A model generated the notes under the pieces. The model was not told the origin of the DNA and did no database searches. It worked only from the letters and a program-made list of their open reading frames with translations. Below are positions 37,473 to 46,986 of a stretch of DNA of 64,000 nucleotides, in pieces. A program made the translations under genes and the position numbers. This DNA is from Capsulimonadaceae bacterium (GTDB lineage: Bacteria; Armatimonadota; Armatimonadia; Armatimonadales; Capsulimonadaceae). The stretch's first letter is position 1; every line of letters starts with the position of its first letter. The stretch covers positions 1,760,001 through 1,824,000 of the forward strand of contig OZ244065.1 of assembly GCA_965215505.1 (NCBI GenBank), given 5' to 3'.

Positions 37473-38600
37473 ATGCCTACCTCTTCTCCTTCCCCTGACC
37501 CCGTCCGTATCGGGCTGATCGGCCCGCGCGGCTTTGGCGCGTTCTGCGCCGGTGCTTACCACGCAGCGGACGCCGCCCGTGTCGTTGCCTTCGCGGGCCG
37601 GGACGCCTCCAACCTCAGACTGCTGGCCGACCAGTATGGCGTCCCACGCACCTACACCGACTGGCGCGAGATGCTGCATGACCCGGACGTGGAAGTCGTC
37701 CACATCGTCACGCCGCCTGACAGACACGCCGAAATGACCGTGGCGGCATTGGAGGCAGGGAAGCACGTCTTCGTGGAGAAGCCGCTGGCGACCACCGATG
37801 AGGACGCGCGGGCGATCTTGGCGGCGGCGGACCGAGCAGGAAAACTCGCGGGCATCAACTTCGTCATGCGCTATGACCCGCTGTACCAGGCGGTGCAGGG
37901 CATCGCCCGGTCGGGTTGGCTCGGGCCGCTGACGCACATTGGGTTTGAGAACTATGCTTCGGACGAGGGTCTGGATGACGGCCACTGGTTCTGGGACCCG
38001 GTCGCCTCGGGCGGCATCTTTGTGGAACACGGCGTCCACTTCTTCGACATCATCGGGGCAATCGCCGGCAGTGCGGCCCATAATGTGTCGGGGAAAACAT
38101 GGACGCGCGGCGACGGAACGGATAAGCAAGACAGGGTGATGGCGCTGGTGACGTATGAGAACGGCATCGAGGCGTCTTTCTATCACGCCTTCAACCGGCC
38201 CGGCGCTCTGGAGCGACAGACGGCACATTTCGCCTTTGAGCGCGGCCATGTCGCCCTGCACGGATGGATACCGACCTCGCTGGACCTGACGGCGATCGTA
38301 GACGAGGCAGGCCGGGCGGGTCTGGAAACGCTTATGCCACTGAAAGTCGTGGCTGAGGGTGCCATGGCTCCCCTGGTTCATGGCAACGGCAAACCCTACG
38401 ACGTCTCGGCCCGCGTCCGCGCCCACCGGAGCCTTGGCGAGCCGACGCCGGTCTATCTGAAGGCCGTCCAGGACGCGATGGCGGACTTCGCCCGCGCCGT
38501 GCGGGACCCGTCGCACACGCCGCTGGTGACGGCTAAAGAGGGGGCGGAGAGTTTACGGGTGGCGAACGCGGCGCGGGCGGCGGCGATCAAGGCCGCGTAG
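37473..38600 (+). CDS. Gfo/Idh/MocA family oxidoreductase
   Basis: IGLIG, GKHVFVEKP, SGGIFVEHGVHFFD. Confidence 0.88.
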   Translation: MPTSSPSPDPVRIGLIGPRGFGAFCAGAYHAADAARVVAFAGRDASNLRLLADQYGVPRTYTDWREMLHDPDVEVVHIVTPPDRHAEMTVAALEAGKHVFVEKPLATTDEDARAILAAADRAGKLAGINFVMRYDPLYQAVQGIARSGWLGPLTHIGFENYASDEGLDDGHWFWDPVASGGIFVEHGVHFFDIIGAIAGSAAHNVSGKTWTRGDGTDKQDRVMALVTYENGIEASFYHAFNRPGALERQTAHFAFERGHVALHGWIPTSLDLTAIVDEAGRAGLETLMPLKVVAEGAMAPLVHGNGKPYDVSARVRAHRSLGEPTPVYLKAVQDAMADFARAVRDPSHTPLVTAKEGAESLRVANAARAAAIKAA

Positions 38601-38620
38601 GGGCGGGGAACCCCGCCCCC
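38597..38620 (+). repeat. GTAG-type REP-like palindrome overlapping a stop codon
   Basis: GTAGGGGCGGGGAACCCCGCCCCC; its TAG (38598-38600) is the stop of the upstream gene. Confidence 0.7.
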
Positions 38621-38652
38621 TTCAATTCGTGCCTTCCTCAATCCGCGCCCTT

Positions 38653-39465
38653 TCACACTCCCTGCGCTCCCCCACACTCTTTCCGCACCCACCCCGCCAC
38701 AGCCCCCGCATCTTCCAGAGGCAGCAGATGGCCCGCGCCGGGCACCACCGTCAGCGTCGCGCCCGCTATCTTTTCTGCCACTTCGCGCCGCAGGACGTCC
38801 GGCGGCAGGACGGGGTCCGCTTCTCCGGCGAGGACGAATGTCGGCACCGCGATCTTCGCGGCCAGTTCGGAAAGGTCTTCGCGGCTGCCCTCGTCGGCCC
38901 AGCTCTTCCAGGCGACGCGCGAGGCGCGCAGGTTATCGGCGAGGGTCAGCGCCTCATACTCCGGCCCGAGCGGCAGTTTCGCGATGGTCTTCAGCGTCCC
39001 GCGGGCGGCATCCTCTTTCCCCCACCCCGCCCGCATTTTGGCCCGCGCGTCTTCAGTCATCGGCTCGGGGAAGAGGGGCGAAGGGGCGACCAGCAGCAGG
39101 CGTTCCAGGCCCGCCGGGCGGGCGGCGGCTAGAGCCTGCGCCGCCTTGCCGCCCATCGAGTGGCCGACCAGGGTGTACTGGGTCAGGCCGAGGGCGGCGA
39201 TCAGACTTGCCACGTCGCCCGCCATGTCGGCGACGGCGTAGCCGGTCGGGGGCGCGTCCGAGTCGCCCCACCCGCGCCCGTCGGGGGCGAGGCAGCGGAA
39301 CTGCCCGGCCAGCAGTTCCATGACCGGCCCCCAGGTGCGCGCGGAGCCGCCGAAGTAGTGCAGGAAGATCAGGGCCGCGCCGTTCTCCGGGTCGCCCGTT
39401 TCGGCGAGGTTCAGGCGGAACCCGTTGACGGTATAGTTTATACATCTTAATGCTGTGTATCTCAT
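38653..39465 (-). CDS. Alpha/beta hydrolase (start uncertain)
   Basis: FLHYFGGS, DGRGWGDS, GHSMGG, GEAD, GAGHL. Confidence 0.85.
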   Translation of the reverse strand: MRYTALRCINYTVNGFRLNLAETGDPENGAALIFLHYFGGSARTWGPVMELLAGQFRCLAPDGRGWGDSDAPPTGYAVADMAGDVASLIAALGLTQYTLVGHSMGGKAAQALAAARPAGLERLLLVAPSPLFPEPMTEDARAKMRAGWGKEDAARGTLKTIAKLPLGPEYEALTLADNLRASRVAWKSWADEGSREDLSELAAKIAVPTFVLAGEADPVLPPDVLRREVAEKIAGATLTVVPGAGHLLPLEDAGAVAGWVRKECGGAQGV

Positions 39466-39504
39466 GGGGCACTTGTACCCCGAAGAAGCGAGGAGGCTCA
39501 TTTC

Positions 39505-40893
39505 ATGGCGACAGAGACATTCGATGCGATCATCCTCGGCGCGGGCCAGTCCGGTGATCCCTTGGCACGCGCCCTGGCGGGAGCCGGGAAGCGCGTCGCG
39601 ATCATCGAGCGTGAGGCGGTGGGCGGAACCTGCGTCAACCGGGGCTGTACGCCTACCAAGACGATGGCCGCCTCCGCCCGCGTCGCCCACCTCGCGCGCC
39701 GGGGCGCGGACTTCGGCGTGGAAACAGGGCCGGTGACGGTGGATCTGGCGAAGGTGCGCCAAAGGAAGCGGGACATCGTGACCAGCTTCCGTGAGGGGGA
39801 TGAGAAGCATTTGACCGGGACGGACGGCGTGACCCTGATTCGCGGCGAGGGCCGCTTTACCGGCCCGAGGACGGTGGAGGTCGCGCCGAACGGCGGCGGC
39901 GAGGCCCGGACCTTGACCGCCCCGCAGGTCTTCATCAACACCGGGGCGCGGGCGACGGTGCCGCCGATTGACGGCCTGACCGACGTGACGTATCTGGACT
40001 CGACTTCGATCATGGAGCTAGAAGCGGTGCCGGACCATCTGGTCATCCTGGGCGGCAGCTACATCGCCTTGGAGTTCGGCCAGATGTTCCGCCGCTTCGG
40101 CAGCCGCGTCACGGTGGTCGAGAAGTCGGAGCATCTGCTGGGCCATGAGGACCCGGACGTGGCCGAGGAGATGGCGAAGATACTGGCGGAGGACGGCCTT
40201 CAAATCCACCTGGGCGCGTCGGCCTCGCGCGTCTTGAAGACGACCGCCGGCGTTTCGCTGACGGTCAAAACAACGGACGGGGAGATGGTGGTGACTGGCT
40301 CACACCTGCTGGTCGCCGTGGGGCGGACGCCGAACACGGAGGCCCTGAACCTGGAAGCAGCAGGCGTCGAAACCGACGCGACCGGCCACGTCAAGGCGAA
40401 CGAGCGGCTGGAAACGACGGCGGAAGGCGTCTGGGTGCTGGGGGATGTCAAGGGCGGCCCGCAGTTCACGCACATCTCCTATGATGATTTCCGGATACTG
40501 CGGGCCAACTTGATTGACGGCGGCAGTCGGACGACGTCTGACCGTCCAGTCCCTTACACCGTTTTCACCGACCCGCAACTGGGCCGCGTCGGCATGACCG
40601 AAACGGAGGCGAGGAAGGCCGGCAAAAACATCAAAGTCGCCACCCTGCCCATGACCGAGGTGGCCCGCGCCATCGAGACGGACGAGACGCGCGGCTTCAT
40701 GAAGGCGGTGGTTGATGCCGACACGTCCCAGATCCTGGGGGCGGCGATCTTAGGCGTGGACGGCGGCGAGGTCATGGCCGTCCTGGAAGTCGCCATGATG
40801 GGCCACCTGCCCTACACCGCCTTGCGGGACGCGACCCTGGCCCACCCGACATTGGCCGAGTCGCTGAATAATCTGTTCATGGCGCTGGATTAG
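39505..40893 (+). CDS. Pyridine nucleotide-disulfide oxidoreductase (MerA-like/RclA-like, lacks C-terminal CC)
   Basis: GAGQSG, GGTCVNRGCTPTK, GRTPN, HPTLAE. Confidence 0.88.
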   Translation: MATETFDAIILGAGQSGDPLARALAGAGKRVAIIEREAVGGTCVNRGCTPTKTMAASARVAHLARRGADFGVETGPVTVDLAKVRQRKRDIVTSFREGDEKHLTGTDGVTLIRGEGRFTGPRTVEVAPNGGGEARTLTAPQVFINTGARATVPPIDGLTDVTYLDSTSIMELEAVPDHLVILGGSYIALEFGQMFRRFGSRVTVVEKSEHLLGHEDPDVAEEMAKILAEDGLQIHLGASASRVLKTTAGVSLTVKTTDGEMVVTGSHLLVAVGRTPNTEALNLEAAGVETDATGHVKANERLETTAEGVWVLGDVKGGPQFTHISYDDFRILRANLIDGGSRTTSDRPVPYTVFTDPQLGRVGMTETEARKAGKNIKVATLPMTEVARAIETDETRGFMKAVVDADTSQILGAAILGVDGGEVMAVLEVAMMGHLPYTALRDATLAHPTLAESLNNLFMALD

Positions 40894-40917
40894 GGGCGGG
40901 CGCGGGGCGCGGGCGCT

Positions 40918-40944
40918 CCCGGCCCTGAAGGCCCGGGGCTTCAT
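40918..40944. repeat. Imperfect hairpin resembling IS200/IS605 subterminal palindromes
   Basis: CCCGGCCCTGAAGGCCCGGGGCTTCAT; inverted relative to 41887-41910. Confidence 0.5.
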
Positions 40945-40945
40945 C

Positions 40946-41695
40946 TCACGCCTTCCGCCGCTTCCGCGCCCCGACGACCAACCCGCCGACTCCTAGGGCG
41001 AGCAGCAGGCCGAAGGAGACCGTCGTGGAGGCTTCTGGGACGGGGCTGGCATTCAGCACCAGGGAAAGGTCGTCCGCGTAGCCGTCGTTGTAGGCACCGT
41101 CGGTGCGCGTCATTTGCAGGTTCACGTTCACCGACTGCGCCCCGATGGGCACGAAGCCGTTCATCGAGCGGAACAGCAAGCCCGACGTGCCGCCCCGGTC
41201 CGCCGAGGATACGGGGCCGATCTGAGCCGACCCAAGAGCCGCCCCGCCCGCGCCGAGGAAACTCAGCGACAGTATAGCATTGTCGTTCTGGCCGTCGTAG
41301 CCTCCGAGATACGCGGACAGCGTGAACGCGGCCTTGCCGGCGTTGATGACGCTTGCCTCGGGCAGCAGATTGATGAGCTGGGCGGCGCTGGACGAGGCGT
41401 TGTTCGGCCCGCCGGCGAAGTAATTGAGGCCCCGGTCGGCGGGGCCGGGGTCCGTCGGGAGGGGGCCACCGTTTGGGCCGTATTGTACGACGGTGAAGCT
41501 GCCGGTCGTGGTGAAGCTGGGGACAGGCTCGATGTCGTTGCTGGAGGCGCTGCCGGGGCCAGCCTCAGCATTACCATTGACGATGAGGTTGGAGCCGAAC
41601 TGGGCGCGAACGGGGGAGATGGCGAGTGCTGAGACGGTGAGGAAGGTGGCGGCGAACGCCGCCGTCTTGAGCGTGGCGTGGTTAAAGGTGTGCAT
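40946..41695 (-). CDS. PEP-CTERM-type secreted surface protein
   Basis: Signal peptide; NLIVNGNAE carbohydrate-binding-like start; C-terminal VPEASTTVSFGLLLALGVGGLVVGARKRRKA. Confidence 0.88.
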   Translation of the reverse strand: MHTFNHATLKTAAFAATFLTVSALAISPVRAQFGSNLIVNGNAEAGPGSASSNDIEPVPSFTTTGSFTVVQYGPNGGPLPTDPGPADRGLNYFAGGPNNASSSAAQLINLLPEASVINAGKAAFTLSAYLGGYDGQNDNAILSLSFLGAGGAALGSAQIGPVSSADRGGTSGLLFRSMNGFVPIGAQSVNVNLQMTRTDGAYNDGYADDLSLVLNASPVPEASTTVSFGLLLALGVGGLVVGARKRRKA

Positions 41696-41822
41696 GAGTC
41701 AGGTCCTTTTGATTCTAATCATAGAGGCTTGATTGCCTGCGGCGGGGGTAAAGCGGGACGCCGGTAAGAATACTTGCTGCACAAATCATGCCAAGTCGTT
41801 GGGATGGGGCGCGGCGGGGCAA

Positions 41823-41910
41823 AGGGGCGCGATAAATCGCGCCCCTACGGGATTTTCTTCAACCCCAGAGGGGTTTTCACTCAAGAGTAGCCCGGCCCTT
41901 CAGGGCCGGG
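41823..41910. repeat. Cluster of palindromes (GTAG-type REP, AACCCC..GGGGTT, GTAGCCCGGCCCTTCAGGGCCGGG)
   Basis: AGGGGCGCGATAAATCGCGCCCCTAC (41823-41848); second hairpin at 41887-41910. Confidence 0.7.
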
Positions 41911-41915
41911 TGTTT

Positions 41916-42707
41916 TCACAGCTTCATCAGGGCGCGCAGGCTCCGGATGTGGGCCGTGTTCACCGATTTGAGGCCGACGGTGCGGCCCAGGTCGACGCCG
42001 CTGTCCACCAGGAAGGTCCGCAGGCTGTGCGTGAAGGGCGGCATCGTGAAGGACTTCGGCTGGGAGAAGTCGGAGCAGATGTTGTCCCCGATCAGCTTCG
42101 TGATGCAGCCTTGCATCTTGAACTCGTAGGTGATATTGGGGCGTACCGGCCCGGCGGAGAATCGGCCCCCGGCGTCTTTCGCGCTCACCTCAGCGTTGCT
42201 GAAGCCGCCGCCCTTGGGTGCCCACATGATGTGGAACTGGTCCACGCCCACCGACGGCTCCGACCAGAAGACGACGATGTGGGCGTCGCCGGTCAGCGTC
42301 GCCGGGGTCGTCTGGAACGAGTTGATGACCGGCGGCAGCGGCTTCGGGTCGCCGATGGGCGGGCCGGGCGCGGCGTGCGTCGTGAAGGAGAGGGCCGCCG
42401 TGCAGAACGTCTCCCAGGGCTTGCCGTCCATCTCGTTGTCCGGAATGCCTGCGGTGGTCGTCCTCGGGCACAGGTGGAAGAAGTATTCGGTGCCCGCCTG
42501 GAGGTCGAACTGGGTGGAGTTGTCGGGGTCGTGGCTGTTGATGTCCACGGTCTGCACGAGCTGCCCCATCTCGCTGCTGGCGCCCGTGGCATAGACCTGG
42601 ACGTTGTCGGGCATCTGCCCGAGGACCTGGAAGATGATCCGCACGGTGGCCGTCGAAACGGTGAGCGGGCCGATCTGGGTGATGCTGACGACATTGATCT
42701 CTGTCAT
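41916..42707 (-). CDS. Hypothetical protein with two fibronectin type III-like domains
   Basis: LQAGTEYFFHLCP and VRPNITYEFKMQGC (L.PgT.Y.f FN3 pattern); IVVFWS, FHIMW. Confidence 0.65.
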   Translation of the reverse strand: MTEINVVSITQIGPLTVSTATVRIIFQVLGQMPDNVQVYATGASSEMGQLVQTVDINSHDPDNSTQFDLQAGTEYFFHLCPRTTTAGIPDNEMDGKPWETFCTAALSFTTHAAPGPPIGDPKPLPPVINSFQTTPATLTGDAHIVVFWSEPSVGVDQFHIMWAPKGGGFSNAEVSAKDAGGRFSAGPVRPNITYEFKMQGCITKLIGDNICSDFSQPKSFTMPPFTHSLRTFLVDSGVDLGRTVGLKSVNTAHIRSLRALMKL

Positions 42708-42730
42708 GGTTCTTCTCCCGTCACTTCCCG

Positions 42731-43507
42731 TTATTGGAGCGCGATGAGGATGGGGACCAGGCCCAGGCCCTCGGGCCAGGGGCGCAGCGCCTTGCCGATA
42801 ACGGACCCGAAGGCCAGCAGCGGGTCCCCGGCCTTCATGGCGTGGCCGGGCGTCGGCGAGGTCGTCAGCAGGTCACCCGCCTCGACCGCCCCATACTGCG
42901 CGTCCACCTTGCAGTAGGCTTTGCCGACCAGGGAGATCGGCTGCCGGTCGTCCCCGGACTCCTGCTTGTCCATGACGATGGCGGGCTTGTAGCTGCCTGC
43001 GCCCGAGACGACTCCGACGACGCCCTTCTCGTAGGCCCGCCGACTGGGCCGGATCTCCCCTTCGGCGTTCAAGGCCATCACCGTCCCCGGCTCGGCGAGG
43101 CCGCTCCGCGCGACCGAGAAGTCTTCGGCAAGGTCGGCGTTCACCAGGGTGATGTCGCCCGTCACCGCGACGTTCCCTTCGAAGAACCCGGCGTTGACCG
43201 GCCCCTTCGCGAACAGGCCCGTTCCGCTCGTGCTGAAGGCTGAAAGTCCGTTGCCTCTGGTGCTGACGGCGCGGACCCCGTCATTGCTGGTGCTGATGCC
43301 GCTGACGCCGGGCTGCGTTTGCGACTGCGCGAAGACGGCCGTGCCGGACGTGCTGAACGAGGAAAGGCCGTTGCCGCTGGTGCTGACGGCGCGGACGCCA
43401 TCGCCCGTGGTGCTGATGCCCGTGGTGCCGACGCCGCCCTGGCCGGAGTTCTGGCCGAAAACGGCGGAAAGTTTAGGGTCGTTCGTCGTGCCGGTGAGGT
43501 TCGTCAT
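42731..43507 (-). CDS. Beta-helix repeat protein with a C-terminal peptidase G2-like autoprocessing chaperone domain
   Basis: AGGAG SD; 10-aa GVxxxSTxxx repeats; ADLAEDF...GVVSG...CKVDA...GDLLTTS.TPGHAMKA...VIGKAL. Confidence 0.7.
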   Translation of the reverse strand: MTNLTGTTNDPKLSAVFGQNSGQGGVGTTGISTTGDGVRAVSTSGNGLSSFSTSGTAVFAQSQTQPGVSGISTSNDGVRAVSTRGNGLSAFSTSGTGLFAKGPVNAGFFEGNVAVTGDITLVNADLAEDFSVARSGLAEPGTVMALNAEGEIRPSRRAYEKGVVGVVSGAGSYKPAIVMDKQESGDDRQPISLVGKAYCKVDAQYGAVEAGDLLTTSPTPGHAMKAGDPLLAFGSVIGKALRPWPEGLGLVPILIALQ

Positions 43508-43533
43508 GGGGGTTCTCCTGGATCGGCCTGCTT

Positions 43534-43614
43534 GGAAGTGCTGCTTGGAAGTGCTGCGGTCGGAAGTGCTGCGGTCGGAAGTGCTGCGGTCGGAAGTGCC
43601 GGGATCGGAAGTGC
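43534..43614. repeat. Intergenic direct repeat array, six GGAAGTGC cores with mostly 15-bp period
   Basis: GGAAGTGCTGCGGTC x3 perfect plus three variant copies, just upstream of the 43507 start. Confidence 0.85.
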
Positions 43615-43839
43615 GCTGGGGCCGGGGCAAAGGTGCATCGGTGGGCGAGAGGGTCGTCAACGGCGTGTGTCTCAACGCCCGGCGGCATGGCCCCCTCTCG
43701 CCTGCCCCTATTCTAGCAGAAGCAGGCGAGGGGCGTAATGGCCTAAAAGGCTAGGTTTTGTTGTAAAATAAGTCACAGTCGGTCCGCCGCGCCGGAAAGA
43801 ATAGGCGGGAACCCGCTGCGAAGAAAGGCCCCAACGCCC

Positions 43840-44790
43840 ATGCCCCTGTCACACCGGCCCGCGACCCCGCGGGACATAGACGCCTGCTGGCGGATCGTCC
43901 GGGGCGACCGTTTCTACCCGCCTGCCCTGCACGAGAGCCGGACAGCCTTCTGGCAGCGGATGATAGCCGAGGAGGCTCTGCTGTCCGTCGTGGTGGAGGA
44001 CTCCGAGCGCCCCCCGGAGACGCGCCTGCGCGCCTTCTCGTTCAGTGTGTTCGTCTCGGACGCCTTCGCCGCCGAGGCCAAAACCGCGCTGCCGCCCGGC
44101 CTCGCCGGCCACCTGCACGCGCGGGGGCTAGCCGATGACTCGCCGGTCCTCGGGCACTCCGCGGTCGGCCGCGCCAACGCGCACGGCGGGCTGAATGTCG
44201 TACTGAATCCTTTCGGGTACGCCTGGGACGCCACGGAGGAGGCCGTCCTGGAGGTCACGGAGATGATGTTCGGGTGCCTATTCACCTACCACGCGGGGTA
44301 TCAGATCAAGGAGATACTGCTGGAAAACCATAGCTGGGAGCGGGCCGTGAAGAACATGGCAGCGGGTCTGCGGGTACGCACCGACTATCGGACTCACTTC
44401 GCCGCCCGCCCGGACGCCGCGCCGCCGGGGCAGCCGCCGATCCTGCTCGGACTGACCCGCGAAGAAGCGTTTGAATCGCTCGGCAACCGCTTCTTCCCAT
44501 TGTTCGTCTGCTCCCGACCTTGCTTCGGCTTCCGGCGCAGCGAGCAGCGCCTGCTGGAACACGCCCTGCGCGGCGGCACCAATGAGGAGGTCTCCGTGGC
44601 GCTCGGCGTCTCGCTCTCCGCCGTCAAGAAGTCCTGGGAGGCGGTCTACGCGCGCGTCGCCCAGGCCGCCCCGGAGCTGATCGCCCAGCCTTCGGAATCG
44701 CCGGGGCCGGGCCGGGGCGCGGAGAAGAAGAACCGCCTGCTGACCTACCTGCGCCAGCACCCCGAGGAGCTGCGCCCGTACCATCCGTGA
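43840..44790 (+). CDS. Putative transcriptional regulator with C-terminal LuxR-like HTH
   Basis: EQRLL.HAL.G.TNEEVSVALGVSLSAVKKSW HTH; C-terminal YLRQHPEELRP. Confidence 0.7.
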   Translation: MPLSHRPATPRDIDACWRIVRGDRFYPPALHESRTAFWQRMIAEEALLSVVVEDSERPPETRLRAFSFSVFVSDAFAAEAKTALPPGLAGHLHARGLADDSPVLGHSAVGRANAHGGLNVVLNPFGYAWDATEEAVLEVTEMMFGCLFTYHAGYQIKEILLENHSWERAVKNMAAGLRVRTDYRTHFAARPDAAPPGQPPILLGLTREEAFESLGNRFFPLFVCSRPCFGFRRSEQRLLEHALRGGTNEEVSVALGVSLSAVKKSWEAVYARVAQAAPELIAQPSESPGPGRGAEKKNRLLTYLRQHPEELRPYHP

Positions 44791-44965
44791 GGGCAGGGGG
44801 GATGAAGAAGCGCTCCTGGCCCTTCCGCATCACCGGCCATTCATGGCCGGGTTTTTCATGCAGGAATCCCCATACTCTGCGCCGAAACTACACGCAAGAC
44901 CATCCTAAAAGCATTCGCACACATAAAAGCGTTTCCATCCAAGCATTCGCACAGGAGCAAACCCC

Positions 44966-46072
44966 TTGGCCCAAGTCACCCTCACACACCTCTACAAGCG
45001 TTTCGACAAAACGACCGCGGTGGACGATCTCTCGCTGGAGATCCGGGACCGCGAGTTCATGGTCCTCGTCGGACCATCCGGCTGCGGCAAGACCACGGCC
45101 CTGCGGATGATCGCCGGACTCGAAGAAGTGTCCGACGGCGACATCCGCATCGGCGAGCGGGTGGTCAACACGGTCTCGCCCAAGGACCGCGACATCGCCA
45201 TGGTCTTCCAGAACTACGCTCTCTACCCGCATATGAGCGTCTACGACAACATGGCCTTCGGCCTGAAGCTGCGGCGCGTTCCCAAATCGGACATCGACAA
45301 GCGCGTCGGCGAGGCGGCGGGGCTATTGGGCATCGAGGCCCTGCTCCAGCGGCGGCCCGGCCAGCTTTCCGGCGGCCAGCGCCAGCGCGTCGCCCTGGGC
45401 CGGGCCATCGTGCGCGAGCCGCAGGTGTTCCTGATGGACGAGCCTTTGTCGAACCTGGACGCCAAGCTGCGGGTGCAGACGCGGGCGGAGTTAATCAAGC
45501 TGCACCGGCGGCTGGGGATCACGACGATCTATGTCACGCACGACCAGGTGGAGGCGATGACGATGGGGGACCGGATCGCGGTCATGTCCGGGGGGCAGTT
45601 GCAGCAGTGCGCGCCACCGATGGAGATCTTCCTGCACCCGGTCAACATGTTCGTCGCCGGCTTCATCGGGACTCCATCCATGAACTTCCTGAAGGCGACT
45701 TTGAAGAAGGACGGCGAGGGGTACATCGTGGACGGCGGCAGTTTCACGGTCGCCGCGCCGCCCGCGCCGGACGGGGCCTTGGCCCCCTACGCCGGGAAGT
45801 CGGTGATCTTCGGCGTCCGCCCCTCGGACATCTTCGACAAGAGCTTGCGGAACCCCGTGGACGCCACGGCGGGGAACACGGTGCGGACGGCCGTAGACGT
45901 GTCCGAGCCTATGGGCGACATCATCACCCTGTACCTGACCTGCGGCCCGCACTCCCTGGTGGCGACGATTGACGCCGAGACGGGCGCGAAGGACGGGCAG
46001 GCTTTAGACGTGGTGTTGGACCTGGCGAAGACGCACCTGTTCGACCCGGAGACGGAGAAGGCGATCTGCTAG
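44966..46072 (+). CDS. Carbohydrate ABC transporter ATP-binding protein (MalK/MsmX/UgpC family)
   Basis: GPSGCGKTT, FQNYALYPH, LSGGQRQR, DEPLSNLD, YVTHDQ. Confidence 0.94.
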   Translation: MAQVTLTHLYKRFDKTTAVDDLSLEIRDREFMVLVGPSGCGKTTALRMIAGLEEVSDGDIRIGERVVNTVSPKDRDIAMVFQNYALYPHMSVYDNMAFGLKLRRVPKSDIDKRVGEAAGLLGIEALLQRRPGQLSGGQRQRVALGRAIVREPQVFLMDEPLSNLDAKLRVQTRAELIKLHRRLGITTIYVTHDQVEAMTMGDRIAVMSGGQLQQCAPPMEIFLHPVNMFVAGFIGTPSMNFLKATLKKDGEGYIVDGGSFTVAAPPAPDGALAPYAGKSVIFGVRPSDIFDKSLRNPVDATAGNTVRTAVDVSEPMGDIITLYLTCGPHSLVATIDAETGAKDGQALDVVLDLAKTHLFDPETEKAIC

Positions 46073-46112
46073 GCAGAGCCGGCACCAAGACAACACAAGG
46101 AGACACGACTCG

Positions 46113-46832
46113 ATGACCGTTTCGCTGAACAGCCGGATCTGCGCTGGGGGCGCATCGCTGCTGGCACTGGCCGCCCTGGGCGGCGGCGTGGCCCGCGCGC
46201 AGGCACCCGGCGACCCGCCGCCGCCCGCCGCGACTACGCCCGTCACGCCGCCCGCGACCGATACGACGCCGACCGCCCCGCCCGCCCCGGCGACGCCGCC
46301 GGCGACCACGCCGCCCCCGGCGAGTACGACGGGCGGGAACGACCCGGCCTCGTCCACGCCCAGGAAGCGCGCCCGGTTCCGCATCGGGCCGGAAGTGGGC
46401 GTTTATTTGCCGACTTCCTCCAAGGCACGGGACCAGTTCGGCAGCAGTTGGCTGACCATCGGGCTTGGCATCGGCAGCATCGGGCGGGTCCGCAAGGAGG
46501 GGCAGACCTCCTTCGATTTGCAGGTGCTGTATCAGTCCCGCAGCGGCAACCACGCCTTCCTTGCCCCGGTCGGGGTCGGCTACCGCGTGGCACTCAGCCA
46601 GAGCGGCGGGGCGACGACCTATGCCGGCGCGACGGCCGACGTCTACTTCGCGGACATCCGCTCGGGCGACTACGACGTGCATTCAGGGGTACGAACCGGC
46701 TTCGGCGGCAGCCCGCTGATCGGCGTCACTTTCGGTGACAGCGGGTTTCTGGAGGCGCGCTATTTGATCGTCTCCAAGATCAGGGGCTTTGACCTGAGCG
46801 GCCTGAACCTGACGGCGGGGTATCGGTTCTGA
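46113..46832 (+). CDS. Outer-membrane beta-barrel-like protein with Pro/Thr linker
   Basis: Signal peptide, alternating beta strands, C-terminal LTAGYRF. Confidence 0.7.
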   Translation: MTVSLNSRICAGGASLLALAALGGGVARAQAPGDPPPPAATTPVTPPATDTTPTAPPAPATPPATTPPPASTTGGNDPASSTPRKRARFRIGPEVGVYLPTSSKARDQFGSSWLTIGLGIGSIGRVRKEGQTSFDLQVLYQSRSGNHAFLAPVGVGYRVALSQSGGATTYAGATADVYFADIRSGDYDVHSGVRTGFGGSPLIGVTFGDSGFLEARYLIVSKIRGFDLSGLNLTAGYRF

Positions 46833-46839
46833 AATTCTG

Positions 46840-46891
46840 CCGATCCTCTCCCGGCACGCGAGCGTGCCACCCTCCCCTCGGAGGGAAGGGG
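46840..46891. repeat. Solo arm of the family-3 repeat (DUF559-flanking type)
   Basis: GATCCTCTCCCGGCACGCGAGCGTGCCACCCTCCCCTCGGAGGGAAGGGG; near-match to 59840-59885. Confidence 0.75.
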
Positions 46892-46986
46892 TTCCGATGA
46901 ACGGGAGGGGAAGCAACTTTTCCGCCCGCTCCGTGTCTCACCTTTTAGAGCCTGCTTTTCCCACCCGGCTCCCAAGGAGACACACG

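Noticed and set aside
38653-39810. Longer ORF-track starts (39810, also 43675, 46864, 17857, 15530, 48246, 27601)
   Set aside because: The extensions overlap other genes, repeats or the SRP RNA; downstream starts fit SD/promoter signals and domain boundaries better.
39505-40893. True mercuric reductase merA
   Set aside because: No C-terminal Cys-Cys pair, no N-terminal HMA domain and no mer genes nearby.
41916-43507. Prophage remnant
   Set aside because: Only one fibre-like domain; no integrase, terminase, capsid or att sites seen.
43534-43614. Possible mini-CRISPR
   Set aside because: The 15-bp period is far too short and there are no unique spacers.
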